Positions 23,805-34,036 of a stretch of 64,000 nt of DNA are shown in pieces (position 1 is the first letter of the stretch; each line of letters opens with the position of its first letter). The position numbers and the translations under genes were made by a program. The DNA lies in NCBI GenBank assembly GCA_963727625.1, contig CAVSHR010000004.1:1568001-1632000 (forward strand). Reading direction: 5' to 3'. Below the pieces are notes generated by a model. It ran no database searches and was not told the DNA's origin. It saw nothing but the letters and a program-made list of their open reading frames with translations. Source of the stretch: an uncultured delta proteobacterium (lineage in GTDB: Bacteria > Desulfobacterota > Binatia > UBA9968).

Positions 23805-24869
23805 ATGACCATGAAGTTGCTCGAACTCGGCTGTCTTTGTCTCACCGTTCCGCACTTGAAAGAATTCATGGAGATCGCCGGATATCCCGGCAAGGGCCTC
23901 ATCGCCGCACTCACCGGAGTATTTTTGTTCGCCTATGGTTACTATCGCGCCGACGACAAAGCAAAACGGCTCGGCTGGGCGATCCTGATTTCGTTATCAG
24001 CGGTGGCCGTCCTGACAGTTCTCCTGAAGTATAGCCTGCGGTTTCCCCGGCCGACGCCGCGCGCCGGCTTCGGTTTTCCATCCGGCGATAGCGCGACAGC
24101 CTTCAGTCTCGCCGCCGCGGCTGGCACGGCTTATCCGACCGCAGCGCCGGTGTTTTTTCTCGCCGCCACCTTGGCCGCGATTTCACGACTCTACTTTCGC
24201 GCTCATTTTGTCTGGGACGTACTCGGCGGCGCATTACTCGGATGCGCTTGCAGCTATTGGTCGGCGCGCAAGCTTTTACCGGATCGGCAGAACGTGGGTC
24301 ATTCCATTCTATGGTTTCTCGGCTGGCTTCCATGCGCCATCCTTGGGGTCGCCGCGTTGTCGTTCTTCTGGTCCCTCGAGCGACAAATCGGCGCGCACAA
24401 ACTGCCGCATGAACAGCGGAGGACGCCAAGGGTGTCCACGCTGTCGATTGAGTTCGGCACGGCCCCGGCAAGGCAGCATTTGCTGAACGGCTGGTCGACC
24501 GACCGGGTCTGGCCCGGGGAAAAGATTCCCTTCAACTGGGTCGAAGGCTCACACGCTGCGGTGAGGGTAGGCGTGGCAACGCCGCGACAGTCGCGAATGT
24601 TGATTCGCGCTTATCCGTACCGGCCTCACGGGTTCCTGTGCCAGCGGGCAAATATCGCTCTTAACGGCAATGCTCTGGTAGCCGCGTGGCTGGAGCAGGA
24701 CTGGCAGACCTACCAACTTGAAGTCCCGGCAGGTTTATTCCATGTCGGCGAGAATCGTATTGACTTTGGATTCCCCTATTCGGACAAAAGCAATTGGCAT
24801 GGGATGAATCCCGATCAAAAACCCCTGAGTGTCGCGTTTCACTGGCTGCGCCTAGCGCCCAGCCCATAG
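23805..24869 (+). CDS. PAP2-family membrane protein with a C-terminal periplasmic beta-sandwich-like domain
   Basis: LKYSLRFPRP, FPSGD, SRLYFRAHFVWDV, then a soluble domain (LLNGWS...FNWVEG...WQTYQLEVP...GENRI); start uncertain. Confidence 0.8.
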   Translation: MTMKLLELGCLCLTVPHLKEFMEIAGYPGKGLIAALTGVFLFAYGYYRADDKAKRLGWAILISLSAVAVLTVLLKYSLRFPRPTPRAGFGFPSGDSATAFSLAAAAGTAYPTAAPVFFLAATLAAISRLYFRAHFVWDVLGGALLGCACSYWSARKLLPDRQNVGHSILWFLGWLPCAILGVAALSFFWSLERQIGAHKLPHEQRRTPRVSTLSIEFGTAPARQHLLNGWSTDRVWPGEKIPFNWVEGSHAAVRVGVATPRQSRMLIRAYPYRPHGFLCQRANIALNGNALVAAWLEQDWQTYQLEVPAGLFHVGENRIDFGFPYSDKSNWHGMNPDQKPLSVAFHWLRLAPSP

Positions 24870-24911
24870 TGCGTGTTGCTTGAGTGAATAACCTGAGCTC
24901 GGATTGATTCT

Positions 24912-26447
24912 ATGGCCAAGAACGCATCCGCCGGGGCAACCAACGCAATTAAAATGTCAAAGCGCCCGTTCGAATTCCGGCGCGCGCTATCCGGCGACCT
25001 CTCGGCGACTTTTTACCTGGTGATTCTCGCATCGTTTTTGCTGATTCAAGTAAGCTCTTCTTGGATTCCGACGCGGGACGGCGCCGCTTATTTATCGATT
25101 GCCAGAAGCCTTGCCTCTGGCAACGGACTGCAACGCTTCGGCAATCCCCATCTGCATTTTGCCCCGGGATACCCGGTGCTGATCGCTCCGGCATTCTTTT
25201 TTTCCGACCAGCCGTTCTTGCTGATTTCATCAATTCACTGGCTCTTTTTGGTGGCATTCATCTGGGGAATTTATCTCTGGTCCAAGCGCCAGCTGCCCGA
25301 GCATGCGCTGCTACTCACCGCGCTTTGCGCCGTCAACGTCGGTGTTTTGTACTATTTTCGCCGCACCCTGTCCGAAGCGGCGTTCATGCCGCTGCTGATT
25401 TGGACCGCGGTGTTCATGGATCGAGCGATCGACGCTCGCGACCGTACGGAGGCCGTTCTCTTTGCGCTCGCTGCCGCGCTGTTGGCCGGCTATCTTTGTA
25501 CCGTGCGCCTGGCCGGCGTCACCCTCGCCGCCGGCTTTGCTCTCCTGCTTTTTGTTAAAGCGATAAAGCGGGAAATAACCGGGATACGAGCCGCCTCCTG
25601 TGCCAGCCTGGTCCTCGCCACGGCACTCGGCGCAACCTTGCTGCTGATTGAATACGATCGTACCATGGCCTTAGCAAGTGGCGTCGCGAGCAGCTACTAC
25701 GACGAACTCGCTCGCAGCAAAATAAACGTCTATCAAAGAATTCTGCTCGGGATTCTCTGGCGGGTTCAAGAAATCGGCAGATTGACCATTCCCGGTGCGT
25801 TTAAAGCTTACGGCGGTTGGACGAATCCGATTATGCTAGTTTACTTGCCGGTCTTTGTTGCGTTCATTATCGGTTGGTACCGGGCAATCTCCCGACGCCC
25901 GAGCGCGCTGCTTTTTGCCTTCCCATTTTATTTCGGTCTCTATGTCATTTGGCTCGGCCATGGAACACGCTTCATGACCCCTATGATACCCGTGCTCTGG
26001 CTGTCGCTACTAGAATTCAGAACCCAATCCCGCTGGAAAGCGCTTATCCCCGGTTTTCCCGGCTGGCTTTTTATTGCATGCCTGGTCACGAGCTTGACCT
26101 ATTTCACCGCGGATCGGCTCGAGACAAAAAAACTCAACGCCTATTGGGATATCGTTAACACAATCTCTACAATCTTTCCCACACATGCTCCTATCGGCTT
26201 CATCCGCACCTCGGGTTCATTCTCCGCAAATTCTTTCGGCCCCATCTGCACGGTAAAATTCGACCGTCGATGTGAAGAAATCCACGACCAAACAGCGCGC
26301 GCCCTCGATCCGCAATTGGAATACATAGTAATCCTAGGACCGCGTTTGGCCGTAACCGGGTTTGCACTCGTGCTCCAAACCGAACAGCTGACTATGTTTC
26401 GGCGCATCCAGCCATTGGCAAGGCATCTACCATCCGAGCACGATTGA
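24912..26447 (+). CDS. Polytopic GT-C (ArnT/PMT-like) membrane glycosyltransferase
   Basis: DGAAYLSIARSLASG, APGYP, LSEAAF, TRFMTPMIP and many TM segments. Confidence 0.78.
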   Translation: MAKNASAGATNAIKMSKRPFEFRRALSGDLSATFYLVILASFLLIQVSSSWIPTRDGAAYLSIARSLASGNGLQRFGNPHLHFAPGYPVLIAPAFFFSDQPFLLISSIHWLFLVAFIWGIYLWSKRQLPEHALLLTALCAVNVGVLYYFRRTLSEAAFMPLLIWTAVFMDRAIDARDRTEAVLFALAAALLAGYLCTVRLAGVTLAAGFALLLFVKAIKREITGIRAASCASLVLATALGATLLLIEYDRTMALASGVASSYYDELARSKINVYQRILLGILWRVQEIGRLTIPGAFKAYGGWTNPIMLVYLPVFVAFIIGWYRAISRRPSALLFAFPFYFGLYVIWLGHGTRFMTPMIPVLWLSLLEFRTQSRWKALIPGFPGWLFIACLVTSLTYFTADRLETKKLNAYWDIVNTISTIFPTHAPIGFIRTSGSFSANSFGPICTVKFDRRCEEIHDQTARALDPQLEYIVILGPRLAVTGFALVLQTEQLTMFRRIQPLARHLPSEHD

Positions 26448-26530
26448 TAGAAGCAATCTGCCAAAAATCGCTATCGCTTGACATCTCAGAACTTTGTCAG
26501 TTTGACAACCACGCAGTTGAAGTTCGAAAA

Positions 26531-27208
26531 CTAGTGATAATCAAGCAATCGCTCGCAATTCACGTCCAGCCAATTGGCTTCCCGGCGTTTAAACAACTCG
26601 ACATCGGCAGGCGCCCACTCATCGGGCCTAACTCGATAACCTTGTTGGGTGTTAAATTCCATTAAGCGCCGCGTTCCGCACTCTGCACCTCTCTCCCGAG
26701 CGATGACAACATCGCGGCCGCCATCGCACATTTCCATGGCGACTCCACAGGCCACTCGGTTTTCGTAGCATGCCTGATATCCCAGCTCTGACGAAGCATC
26801 GACGAGCGTTGAACCGAAGGGTAGGAATATGCTTTGCAAGCCGCCCGGAGTAAATTGGCCGCCAACTGCCATGAAATTGTTGAGGACACAAAGGTTACCA
26901 TCCGGATAGCGATTATTTTCCTGCAATGCGGAGCCCCGTGACTCTTCTAGGCTCAATTGGTTTTTGATCTGGCGTTGTGTCCACTCTGGGACCATCAGCG
27001 CCCATGCGCTGGAGCGTCCGCAACCATCGGAGAGCTGCGGGATGAGATCAAAGTGAACCCCGGCATGGAGGCTTAATTGACAAAACCGCCGGCCTAGGAC
27101 AAGCTGAGAAAATTCGGAGCCTAAGCGCGACAGGTCTGCCGCGGATGCATGGTTCGAGCTTCGTTCCCCTACCGCAATGACGCAACGCGCCAGGAATAAT
27201 AGCCTCAT
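26531..27208 (-). CDS. Hypothetical protein (possibly degenerate)
   Basis: 225-aa ORF filling the gap between genes; no recognisable motif. Confidence 0.3.
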   Translation of the reverse strand: MRLLFLARCVIAVGERSSNHASAADLSRLGSEFSQLVLGRRFCQLSLHAGVHFDLIPQLSDGCGRSSAWALMVPEWTQRQIKNQLSLEESRGSALQENNRYPDGNLCVLNNFMAVGGQFTPGGLQSIFLPFGSTLVDASSELGYQACYENRVACGVAMEMCDGGRDVVIARERGAECGTRRLMEFNTQQGYRVRPDEWAPADVELFKRREANWLDVNCERLLDYH

Positions 27209-27242
27209 ACGACGGTTCTGCTAAGCAATACGAGGGCACCCG

Positions 27243-28136
27243 ATGGCGCTTCGATGCGTTCGACAACCGATTATTTTGATGGGTATGGCGAGGTCCGGAA
27301 CCACGCTGTTGACCGATTTACTTCATCGACTCGGACTCTTCATCGGCCATAAACGAATTGTCGTCGACCAGGAAGCCAAATATTTCGTTTCGGTCAACGA
27401 TACGCTGCTTAAACGGGTGCATGGCTACTGGGACAATCCCGCGCCCATGCGCGCATTTCTTAAGGAGGAAGACGCCGTGGAGTCGACTGCGCGCCGCATG
27501 GAGGAAGACATCCGCTCGCCGCGCATCGCCGGCTTTCTTGGCTGGAAACAATATTTGGCGTACCATTCCGTCGAAGCCTTCGACAAGCCCTGGGGTTGGA
27601 AAGATCCGCGCAACGTTTTCACCCTGCCCTTATGGCTCCGGCTTTTTCCCGAGGCGAAAATTATTTACATCATACGCAACGGCGTTGACGTAGCCGACAG
27701 CCTCTTGACCCTGGAACGTAAAGTCATCGCGCAAAGAGAAATAAGAAACGAGCGAGCCGCCCGGCGCATCAGCTTGCGCAGCCGTCTGGAGCGCGGCGGT
27801 TTCAAAGGCGCCGCGCGCTGTCTCGACCTCAGCGGCGGCTTCAGCCTGTGGGAAGAATACGTCGCTCAAGCCGAAGAGCTGCTGCCGGCCATAAGCAACG
27901 ACCGCAAGGTGCTTCGCTACGAAGACTTTCTCGTCAATCCCGCCGATCGGCTTGCGGAACTAGCCGGCTTCTGCGATCTGAACGGCGCCTCTCGGCAAAA
28001 AATTGCCGAAGTCATCCCGTTGATCGACCGGAGCAGAAGTTGTGCATTTCTAGCCAACCCGGCATTGCAGACTTTTTATCAGCAGGTCAAGAATACCCCC
28101 TGGATGGCGCGTCACAAATACGCCGATCTCGCATGA
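27243..28136 (+). CDS. PAPS-dependent sulfotransferase
   Basis: 5'-PSB GMARSGTT, WGWKDPR, 3'-PB IRNGVDVADS, LRYEDF. Confidence 0.93.
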   Translation: MALRCVRQPIILMGMARSGTTLLTDLLHRLGLFIGHKRIVVDQEAKYFVSVNDTLLKRVHGYWDNPAPMRAFLKEEDAVESTARRMEEDIRSPRIAGFLGWKQYLAYHSVEAFDKPWGWKDPRNVFTLPLWLRLFPEAKIIYIIRNGVDVADSLLTLERKVIAQREIRNERAARRISLRSRLERGGFKGAARCLDLSGGFSLWEEYVAQAEELLPAISNDRKVLRYEDFLVNPADRLAELAGFCDLNGASRQKIAEVIPLIDRSRSCAFLANPALQTFYQQVKNTPWMARHKYADLA

Positions 28137-28240
28137 GACGCTGGACCAATCTTTCACGGCCAAACTTGCGGCGCGAACCGGACGGTAGGAAACTTGACGG
28201 CAATCGTTGTGGCGAAACACGTCTGTGAGGTAAGACCGCA

Positions 28241-29119
28241 ATGCCACACGTCAGCGTCGTCATACCAACGTACAATCGCCGAACCTTCCTAATCGAGGCG
28301 CTCCAGTCAGTTTTTGCCCAAACTTTTCGCGATTTTGAGGCGATCGTTATCGACGATGGTTCGAGCGACGGCACCGAGCAGGCGCTGCGCTCGTTCGAAG
28401 CTCGTGTGCGCTACTTTTACAAACCCAACGGCGGGGTGTCGAGCGCGCGCAACGAGGGCATCCGGCAGGCCACCGGAAGCCTTATCGCTTTTCTCGATTC
28501 CGACGACCTTTGGGAAGCGAATTTCCTCGAAGTCACCGTCGGCTATCTCGAAAATAATCCTGACGCGGCAATGGTCTCCACCGGCTGGCGCACCCTGCCC
28601 AGCGGCCATCGCTGGCCGCCGATCAAAGAACCGCTGCTGCAAGGTCGTTTGCTGCCGCGCTTGCTCCAAACCAGAATGGTCAGAACTTCGGCCGTCGTCG
28701 TTCGTAAAACCGCCCTACTGGGGGCGGGGCTGTTCGATGAAAGACTCGATGTCGCGGAAGATCTAGACATGTGGTTAAAACTGGCCGCGCGTTATCCTAC
28801 CGCCTTCTTAAACGTTCATTTGAGTTGGGGCCGGCGCCACGATGATCGGCTGAGCAAGAATCGTCGGCTCCACCTCGAGCGTCAGCTTCAAGTGCTTGAG
28901 GCTCGCGATGATCCGGCTCTCGCTGCAAAGACCATTTTCAATCGACGGCGCGCGCAATTGTATGTCGAACTTGGACAAAGCCATTTCAAAGTCAACGATT
29001 TTTCGGCGGCCAGAGCTTGCTATAAACAGGCTCTGGCGCTCAACCCGTATTCTGTCCGCGCCCGCCGCCACCTGGTAAAAACACTTTTTGCCCGGCGCAA
29101 GCGTTCGGAGCAGGTCTGA
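28241..29119 (+). CDS. GT2 glycosyltransferase with a C-terminal TPR-like helix
   Basis: VSVVIPTYNR, DDGSSD, FLDSDD, AEDLD; YKQALALNP tail. Confidence 0.93.
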   Translation: MPHVSVVIPTYNRRTFLIEALQSVFAQTFRDFEAIVIDDGSSDGTEQALRSFEARVRYFYKPNGGVSSARNEGIRQATGSLIAFLDSDDLWEANFLEVTVGYLENNPDAAMVSTGWRTLPSGHRWPPIKEPLLQGRLLPRLLQTRMVRTSAVVVRKTALLGAGLFDERLDVAEDLDMWLKLAARYPTAFLNVHLSWGRRHDDRLSKNRRLHLERQLQVLEARDDPALAAKTIFNRRRAQLYVELGQSHFKVNDFSAARACYKQALALNPYSVRARRHLVKTLFARRKRSEQV

Positions 29120-29244
29120 GAAGTCTCAACCTGTTCCGCTCCAGGCGGGCGACTTCATGGGGCCGCGAAGGATAGTTTGGTTGCTTTGAATTTGGTTCGG
29201 CGCGCGGGTAATAATCTCGAAAAAAGGTCGACCGATCCCCACCG

Positions 29245-30207
29245 ATGAACGCCGTCGATTTATCCATCTGCATCGTCAACTGGAATCGCTGCGAGCTGCT
29301 CCGCAATTTGCTACTTTCCTTGCAACCCGCTTACGCCGGCTTGGCCGCGGAGGTGATCGTCGTCGACAACGCCTCGACCGACGGCTCGGCGAAGATGGTC
29401 GCCGTGGAATTTCCCGAGGTTCAGTTGACGCGCAATGGGCAGAATCTCGGCTTTTCGAAGGCGAATAATCAAGCGGTGGCCAAAGCCCGAGGCCGCTATG
29501 TATTGTTCCTGAACAACGACACGATCGTGCGCCAGGGCGCGCTCGAACAGATGACAACGTTGTTGGACAAGCGGCCTGACATCGTGGCGGTGGGGCCGCG
29601 CTTGAATGGTATCGACGGCCGGCCGCGCGATCGTTATATATGCCTGCCGACGTTGCCGGCGCTGCTCGACCGCGTCCGACTGTTGCATTGGACGCGCCTG
29701 TTCCGCAGAGCTTACCGCGCCTACCGGCGTGGCAGCTTCAATGCAGCCGAGTCGCAAACAGTCGAACAGGTGCCGGGCTCGGCGGTGATGGTGCGCCGCG
29801 AGCCATTCTTGGCCAGCGGCGGATGGGATGAGGGCTTTGACTTTGGCTGCGAGGACTTTGATCTTTCAGCGCGTTTGAAACGGCTCGGTTTGTTGTACTA
29901 TCTGGCCAGCGCCGAGATCATCCATTTGGGCGGCAGAAGCTCCCGTGCCAACACGAGCTTTGTCTATCGCGGTTATGAATGCGGCTGCGCCCGCTATCTG
30001 GCGAAGCATTCACGGTGGCGCGCGGCGGCGTGGATCTATAAACTGCTGGTCACCCTGGACATGCCGGTCCGAATCATAGCTTTGGCGGCGCGCTATACCG
30101 CGACGCGTTTTCGGCTGAATCAAGAGCGGGCGGAGCGCAGATGGCTTCACCTAACGGCGGCAAGCCGGTTCATGTTTTTCGATCTACCGCGCTTCTGGCG
30201 CGCTTGA
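29245..30207 (+). CDS. GT2 glycosyltransferase (WbbL/rhamnosyltransferase-like)
   Basis: SICIVNWN, VDNASTDG, NLGFSKANN, FLNND, CEDFD. Confidence 0.92.
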   Translation: MNAVDLSICIVNWNRCELLRNLLLSLQPAYAGLAAEVIVVDNASTDGSAKMVAVEFPEVQLTRNGQNLGFSKANNQAVAKARGRYVLFLNNDTIVRQGALEQMTTLLDKRPDIVAVGPRLNGIDGRPRDRYICLPTLPALLDRVRLLHWTRLFRRAYRAYRRGSFNAAESQTVEQVPGSAVMVRREPFLASGGWDEGFDFGCEDFDLSARLKRLGLLYYLASAEIIHLGGRSSRANTSFVYRGYECGCARYLAKHSRWRAAAWIYKLLVTLDMPVRIIALAARYTATRFRLNQERAERRWLHLTAASRFMFFDLPRFWRA

Positions 30208-30236
30208 TTGAACGTCGGGTTCGAGAATCCACGACC

Positions 30237-31208
30237 ATGCGCCGCGTGAGTGTTATCATACCTGTTTTCAACGATGAACGTTTCATCGGTGCGGCCATCG
30301 AAAGCGTGCAAAGACAACAATTCCGCCCGCTCGAAATTATCGTCATAGACGATGGTTCGACGGACGGCACCAAGGACGCCGTCGACCGCTCTAGCGGACC
30401 CGTGCCGGTATCTTATCATTATCAAAAAAATCAGGGGCCCGGCGTCGCCCGCAACCTGGGCGTATCGCGGGCGCAAGGTGACTGGATCGCGTTTCTCGAC
30501 GCGGATGATATCTGGTATCCGCAAAAGCTCGCCGTGCAGTTGGAGCAGATCGAGGTTCACCCGGAGGCGGGCTTGGTCTATTCCGATTTCGACGTCCTGC
30601 TACCAGAAGGCGCGATCGCACCGCGGACTACCGTCAGGCAATTTACCCGTCCGTCCAAGGATGAATGGAAAAAGCTCGCCAATGTCGTATTTGACGGCCG
30701 GCCCTTTCCCTTCCCTTCGACGGTCCTAGTGCGCCGAGATGTTTTTGAAGGGTTGGGCGGCTTTCGCGCGGATATGCGGCAATATTTCGAGGACTTCGAA
30801 TTGTTTGCCCGTGTGGCAAAGAGCTTTTCGCTTTTTTACATTGGACAGAACCTCGTGCTCTATCGGCTCACGCCGAAATCCCAACGAGAACTTCAAGACA
30901 CTCCGAATCTGTTGATTCTATTGGCGTCGTTGTGGCAGCTATGGGAGGATCAACCGGAACGGCAACCAATTTTGATTAAACAGTATGCTTACCACTATGC
31001 GCTGTTAGCCAAATACGCCCTTCAGGACGGGAACTTCGAACAAGCCCGGGAGTACTATCGGTTGTCGTTTGCCTATTCGCCCGCTCTTTATTACCCATGG
31101 TCCTGGAAAAACCTGCGCCGCTGGGCGCTGTGCTACTTGCCCGGTCTCAGATACCTATACACTAGGGAGACCCGTCGACGGGCGAGTATCGCGTCGCAAT
31201 CAAAGTGA
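30237..31208 (+). CDS. GT2 glycosyltransferase
   Basis: VSVIIPVFN, DDGSTD, FLDADD, EDFELF. Confidence 0.93.
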   Translation: MRRVSVIIPVFNDERFIGAAIESVQRQQFRPLEIIVIDDGSTDGTKDAVDRSSGPVPVSYHYQKNQGPGVARNLGVSRAQGDWIAFLDADDIWYPQKLAVQLEQIEVHPEAGLVYSDFDVLLPEGAIAPRTTVRQFTRPSKDEWKKLANVVFDGRPFPFPSTVLVRRDVFEGLGGFRADMRQYFEDFELFARVAKSFSLFYIGQNLVLYRLTPKSQRELQDTPNLLILLASLWQLWEDQPERQPILIKQYAYHYALLAKYALQDGNFEQAREYYRLSFAYSPALYYPWSWKNLRRWALCYLPGLRYLYTRETRRRASIASQSK

Positions 31209-31393
31209 CTCGCGAATTTAACAATGGGCTTCGAACATCCTAGTGCGGTCATGGCGGTAGAATGCAAAAGAAATCGTCCCGCGATTGAGATCCCAGCTCG
31301 GCTTATTCGACGATGAAGCCTAAGCGAAACATAGTCGATGGCTACATTAGGCAAGATTTGGGCGCCGCGGGTTCTGATTAGGTTCGTCACGCC

Positions 31394-32356
31394 ATGATCT
31401 CCGTCAGCGTCGTTGTTCCGGTCTACAACGGTCGGCAATTTATCCGCAGGGCGCTTCGTAGCGCCGTAGAGCAAACCCTCCGTCCGATGGAGATCATCGT
31501 GATTGATGACGGCTCCACCGACGAGACGCGCAAGGAGCTTGAGTCCTACGCGGTGCGCTATCAGCGACAGGAGCATCAAGGTGCGGGGGCGGCACGCAAT
31601 TTGGGAGTATCATTGGCGCGCGGCGAGTGGGTGGCCTTTCTTGACGCGGACGATGTCTGGCATCCCGATAAGCTCGAAATCCAGTGGCGACACATGGAAA
31701 ACTATCCCGAAGTGGAGTTCGTCTATTCCGACGTGGATCTCGTTGACGACTCGGGAAAGGTGCTCAGAAAACATTGGGCGAGCGCCGAATTTGTTCAAAA
31801 GAAACCCAACAGCCGGCAGCAGCTGAGCCGGAGAGTCTTCGACGGCCGGCCGTTTCCTCTGCCTTCGACGGTCATGCTGAAGCATAAACTAATCGAACGG
31901 AGCGGCGGCTTTAGCAGCGCTTTTAAGGGCAAATACCACGAGGATTTCGAATTTTTTGCCCGTCTGGCCCAGCTGGTTTCGCCGCATTTTATTCCACAAA
32001 GCCTTGCGCAACACCGTCGGCACAACATTCACACGGCCGCGGATGCGGAAATGGACCGTCAAAACTGGCTGACTTTTCTGAATTGCCTGTGGCAGCTTTG
32101 GCAAAGTTCCCCGAGCAAGCAGGCAAGTTTGACCAGACACTTTGCCAAATATTATGCCAACGAAGGCAAACGCGCTTTGCGCACGGGCAATTACCTCGAA
32201 GCGCGCCGGCTTTGCCGGTTAGCTCATTCCTATTGGCCCTTTGCCACGGCCAATATACGTCATTGGATATTGAGTTATTTACCGGGGCTGCGCGAGCTCT
32301 ATCGCCGACGAGCGGCCAAGCGCGGCTCCAAGCAGCCTCGAGCCTGCGGGGCTTGA
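31394..32356 (+). CDS. GT2 glycosyltransferase (paralog of 30237-31208)
   Basis: VSVVVPVYN, DDGSTD, FLDADD; shares VFDGRPFPxPSTV, EDFExFAR, LWQLW and YLPGLRxLY with the preceding gene. Confidence 0.93.
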   Translation: MISVSVVVPVYNGRQFIRRALRSAVEQTLRPMEIIVIDDGSTDETRKELESYAVRYQRQEHQGAGAARNLGVSLARGEWVAFLDADDVWHPDKLEIQWRHMENYPEVEFVYSDVDLVDDSGKVLRKHWASAEFVQKKPNSRQQLSRRVFDGRPFPLPSTVMLKHKLIERSGGFSSAFKGKYHEDFEFFARLAQLVSPHFIPQSLAQHRRHNIHTAADAEMDRQNWLTFLNCLWQLWQSSPSKQASLTRHFAKYYANEGKRALRTGNYLEARRLCRLAHSYWPFATANIRHWILSYLPGLRELYRRRAAKRGSKQPRACGA

Positions 32357-32427
32357 GCGTCGGGCGCGCATCGACCGACCGACGGTGTTGACGAATTCCG
32401 AGAAATTGAAGTGGCACGGAGCCATCA

Positions 32428-33489
32428 ATGAAATTTCTTTTCGCCACAGGCGGAACGCACCTGCCGGACCAGGTCGGCGGCGCGGAATGGTCGGCGCACA
32501 CCCTCCTTAAGCTACTTTGTGAAAACGGCCATGAATGCGAAGCGGTCGTCGGTCTGCGCCGCGGCTGGCGCCGCAGGATGGTGCGTCACGCGCACTTTTT
32601 TTCCGCCGGCCAGCTACTCCGCCTCACCGATCGCCACAATGGTTATCCCACCCACCGAACCGCTGCTTGGCTGATACCCAAATTGACGCGTCACCGTCTA
32701 CGTAAGTTTCAGCCCGACCTCGTGATCACGCAGCTTGAGCGCAGTAACGAAATCGCCGAGACTGCCCTCGCCCACGCAACCCGAGTGGCGCTGATGGTCA
32801 GAAATGCCGAGTTCGATCGGCAGCTCCGGCCTAGACCGTCTCCGGGATTGAAATATATCAGTAATTCGAATTTCATAGCCGCCCGTGTGCGCGAGCGCTT
32901 CAACCTGGAAAGCGAGGTGATTTACGGAATCATCCGCCTGGAGCGCTATCGCGTCGAAACTCACAACCCTGAGTATTTGACCTTCATCAACCCACTCCCT
33001 CTAAAAGGACTCGATCTGGCGCTTGCCCTGGCTGCGCTGCTGCCGCAGCGGCGGTTTCTATTCGTTGAGGGCTGGCGTATGGCGGCGCGGCTTCGCCAAG
33101 AGCTCGAATCACGACTCGAATCCGTACCTAATGTAACACTCTCGCCTTGGACTTCCGATATGCGGCAGGTCTATACGCGCACCGCGATTTTGCTGGTGCC
33201 ATCTCAGTGGGAGGAAGCTTTCGGTAGAGTGGCATTGGAAGCCCAAGTGAGCGGCATTCCGGTGATTGGCCGCGATATCGGTGGCCTCAGCGAAGTTCTC
33301 CAAGAGAGCGGCACGCTGCTTGCCCGGGATGCACCGCCCCAAGTCTGGGCTGACACCGTGGAACGGCTGCTCAGCCACACCGCATTATATGCGGCACTCT
33401 CTGCTGCGGCGAAGGCGAATGCAGAGCGGCCGATCTTCGATCCACATCGTCAATTGAAACGTTTCCTTGAGCTCGTGTCCCATTGGTGA
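32428..33489 (+). CDS. GT4 glycosyltransferase
   Basis: GGAEWS, INPLPLKG, EAFGRVALEAQVSG, IGGLSE. Confidence 0.92.
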   Translation: MKFLFATGGTHLPDQVGGAEWSAHTLLKLLCENGHECEAVVGLRRGWRRRMVRHAHFFSAGQLLRLTDRHNGYPTHRTAAWLIPKLTRHRLRKFQPDLVITQLERSNEIAETALAHATRVALMVRNAEFDRQLRPRPSPGLKYISNSNFIAARVRERFNLESEVIYGIIRLERYRVETHNPEYLTFINPLPLKGLDLALALAALLPQRRFLFVEGWRMAARLRQELESRLESVPNVTLSPWTSDMRQVYTRTAILLVPSQWEEAFGRVALEAQVSGIPVIGRDIGGLSEVLQESGTLLARDAPPQVWADTVERLLSHTALYAALSAAAKANAERPIFDPHRQLKRFLELVSHW

Positions 33490-34036
33490 CGCAGTCTGAG
33501 CGTTTGACCCGCCTAATAGCAAAGAACCTTCGAGTCGCTGCGGCCGCGGTAACGGGCATCGCCGCTCTTGGGGCATTCACAACTAACTTCACTCGCCGAA
33601 ATTCCGCGCTAACCGACTGGACGGGAGAGGCTCACGAACGGCGCAGCCTGGTGCATGGACAATTTCACTGCATCGTCAGCAAACACCCAGCGTGCCAGCC
33701 AATGCTCCCGCTCGATAGAATTCTGTTGACGCCATGCTTGCCAGAAAAGCGGCCAATCAATTTCGGCTATTTTCATCTAATTCCCCCCTGTAATTCCCAG
33801 CAACAGCCTCGCTCGCTATGCACCGCGAAAATTAGCTTTTGCGCTGCGCAAATAAAACAACCGCGCCTGGAACCAGGTGCCTTCCGGCCAGCGCCAGTTT
33901 TGGCCAGACAGCGAATCGCCGCCGTAGAATCCGCCGTAGAATCCGTCGTTGACCCGGCTTTGTCGGAAAATCGATTCCCACGCATTCATTGATAAACCTC
34001 CTTTAAGAACCTGCTTGCAAAAAATTTTGCTTTTGG

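Noticed and set aside
33483-33992. 169-aa ORF and a 12-bp tandem duplication (CGCCGTAGAATC x2 near 33920)
   Set aside because: Protein looks non-coding in composition; two repeat units without spacers are not a CRISPR or meaningful VNTR.
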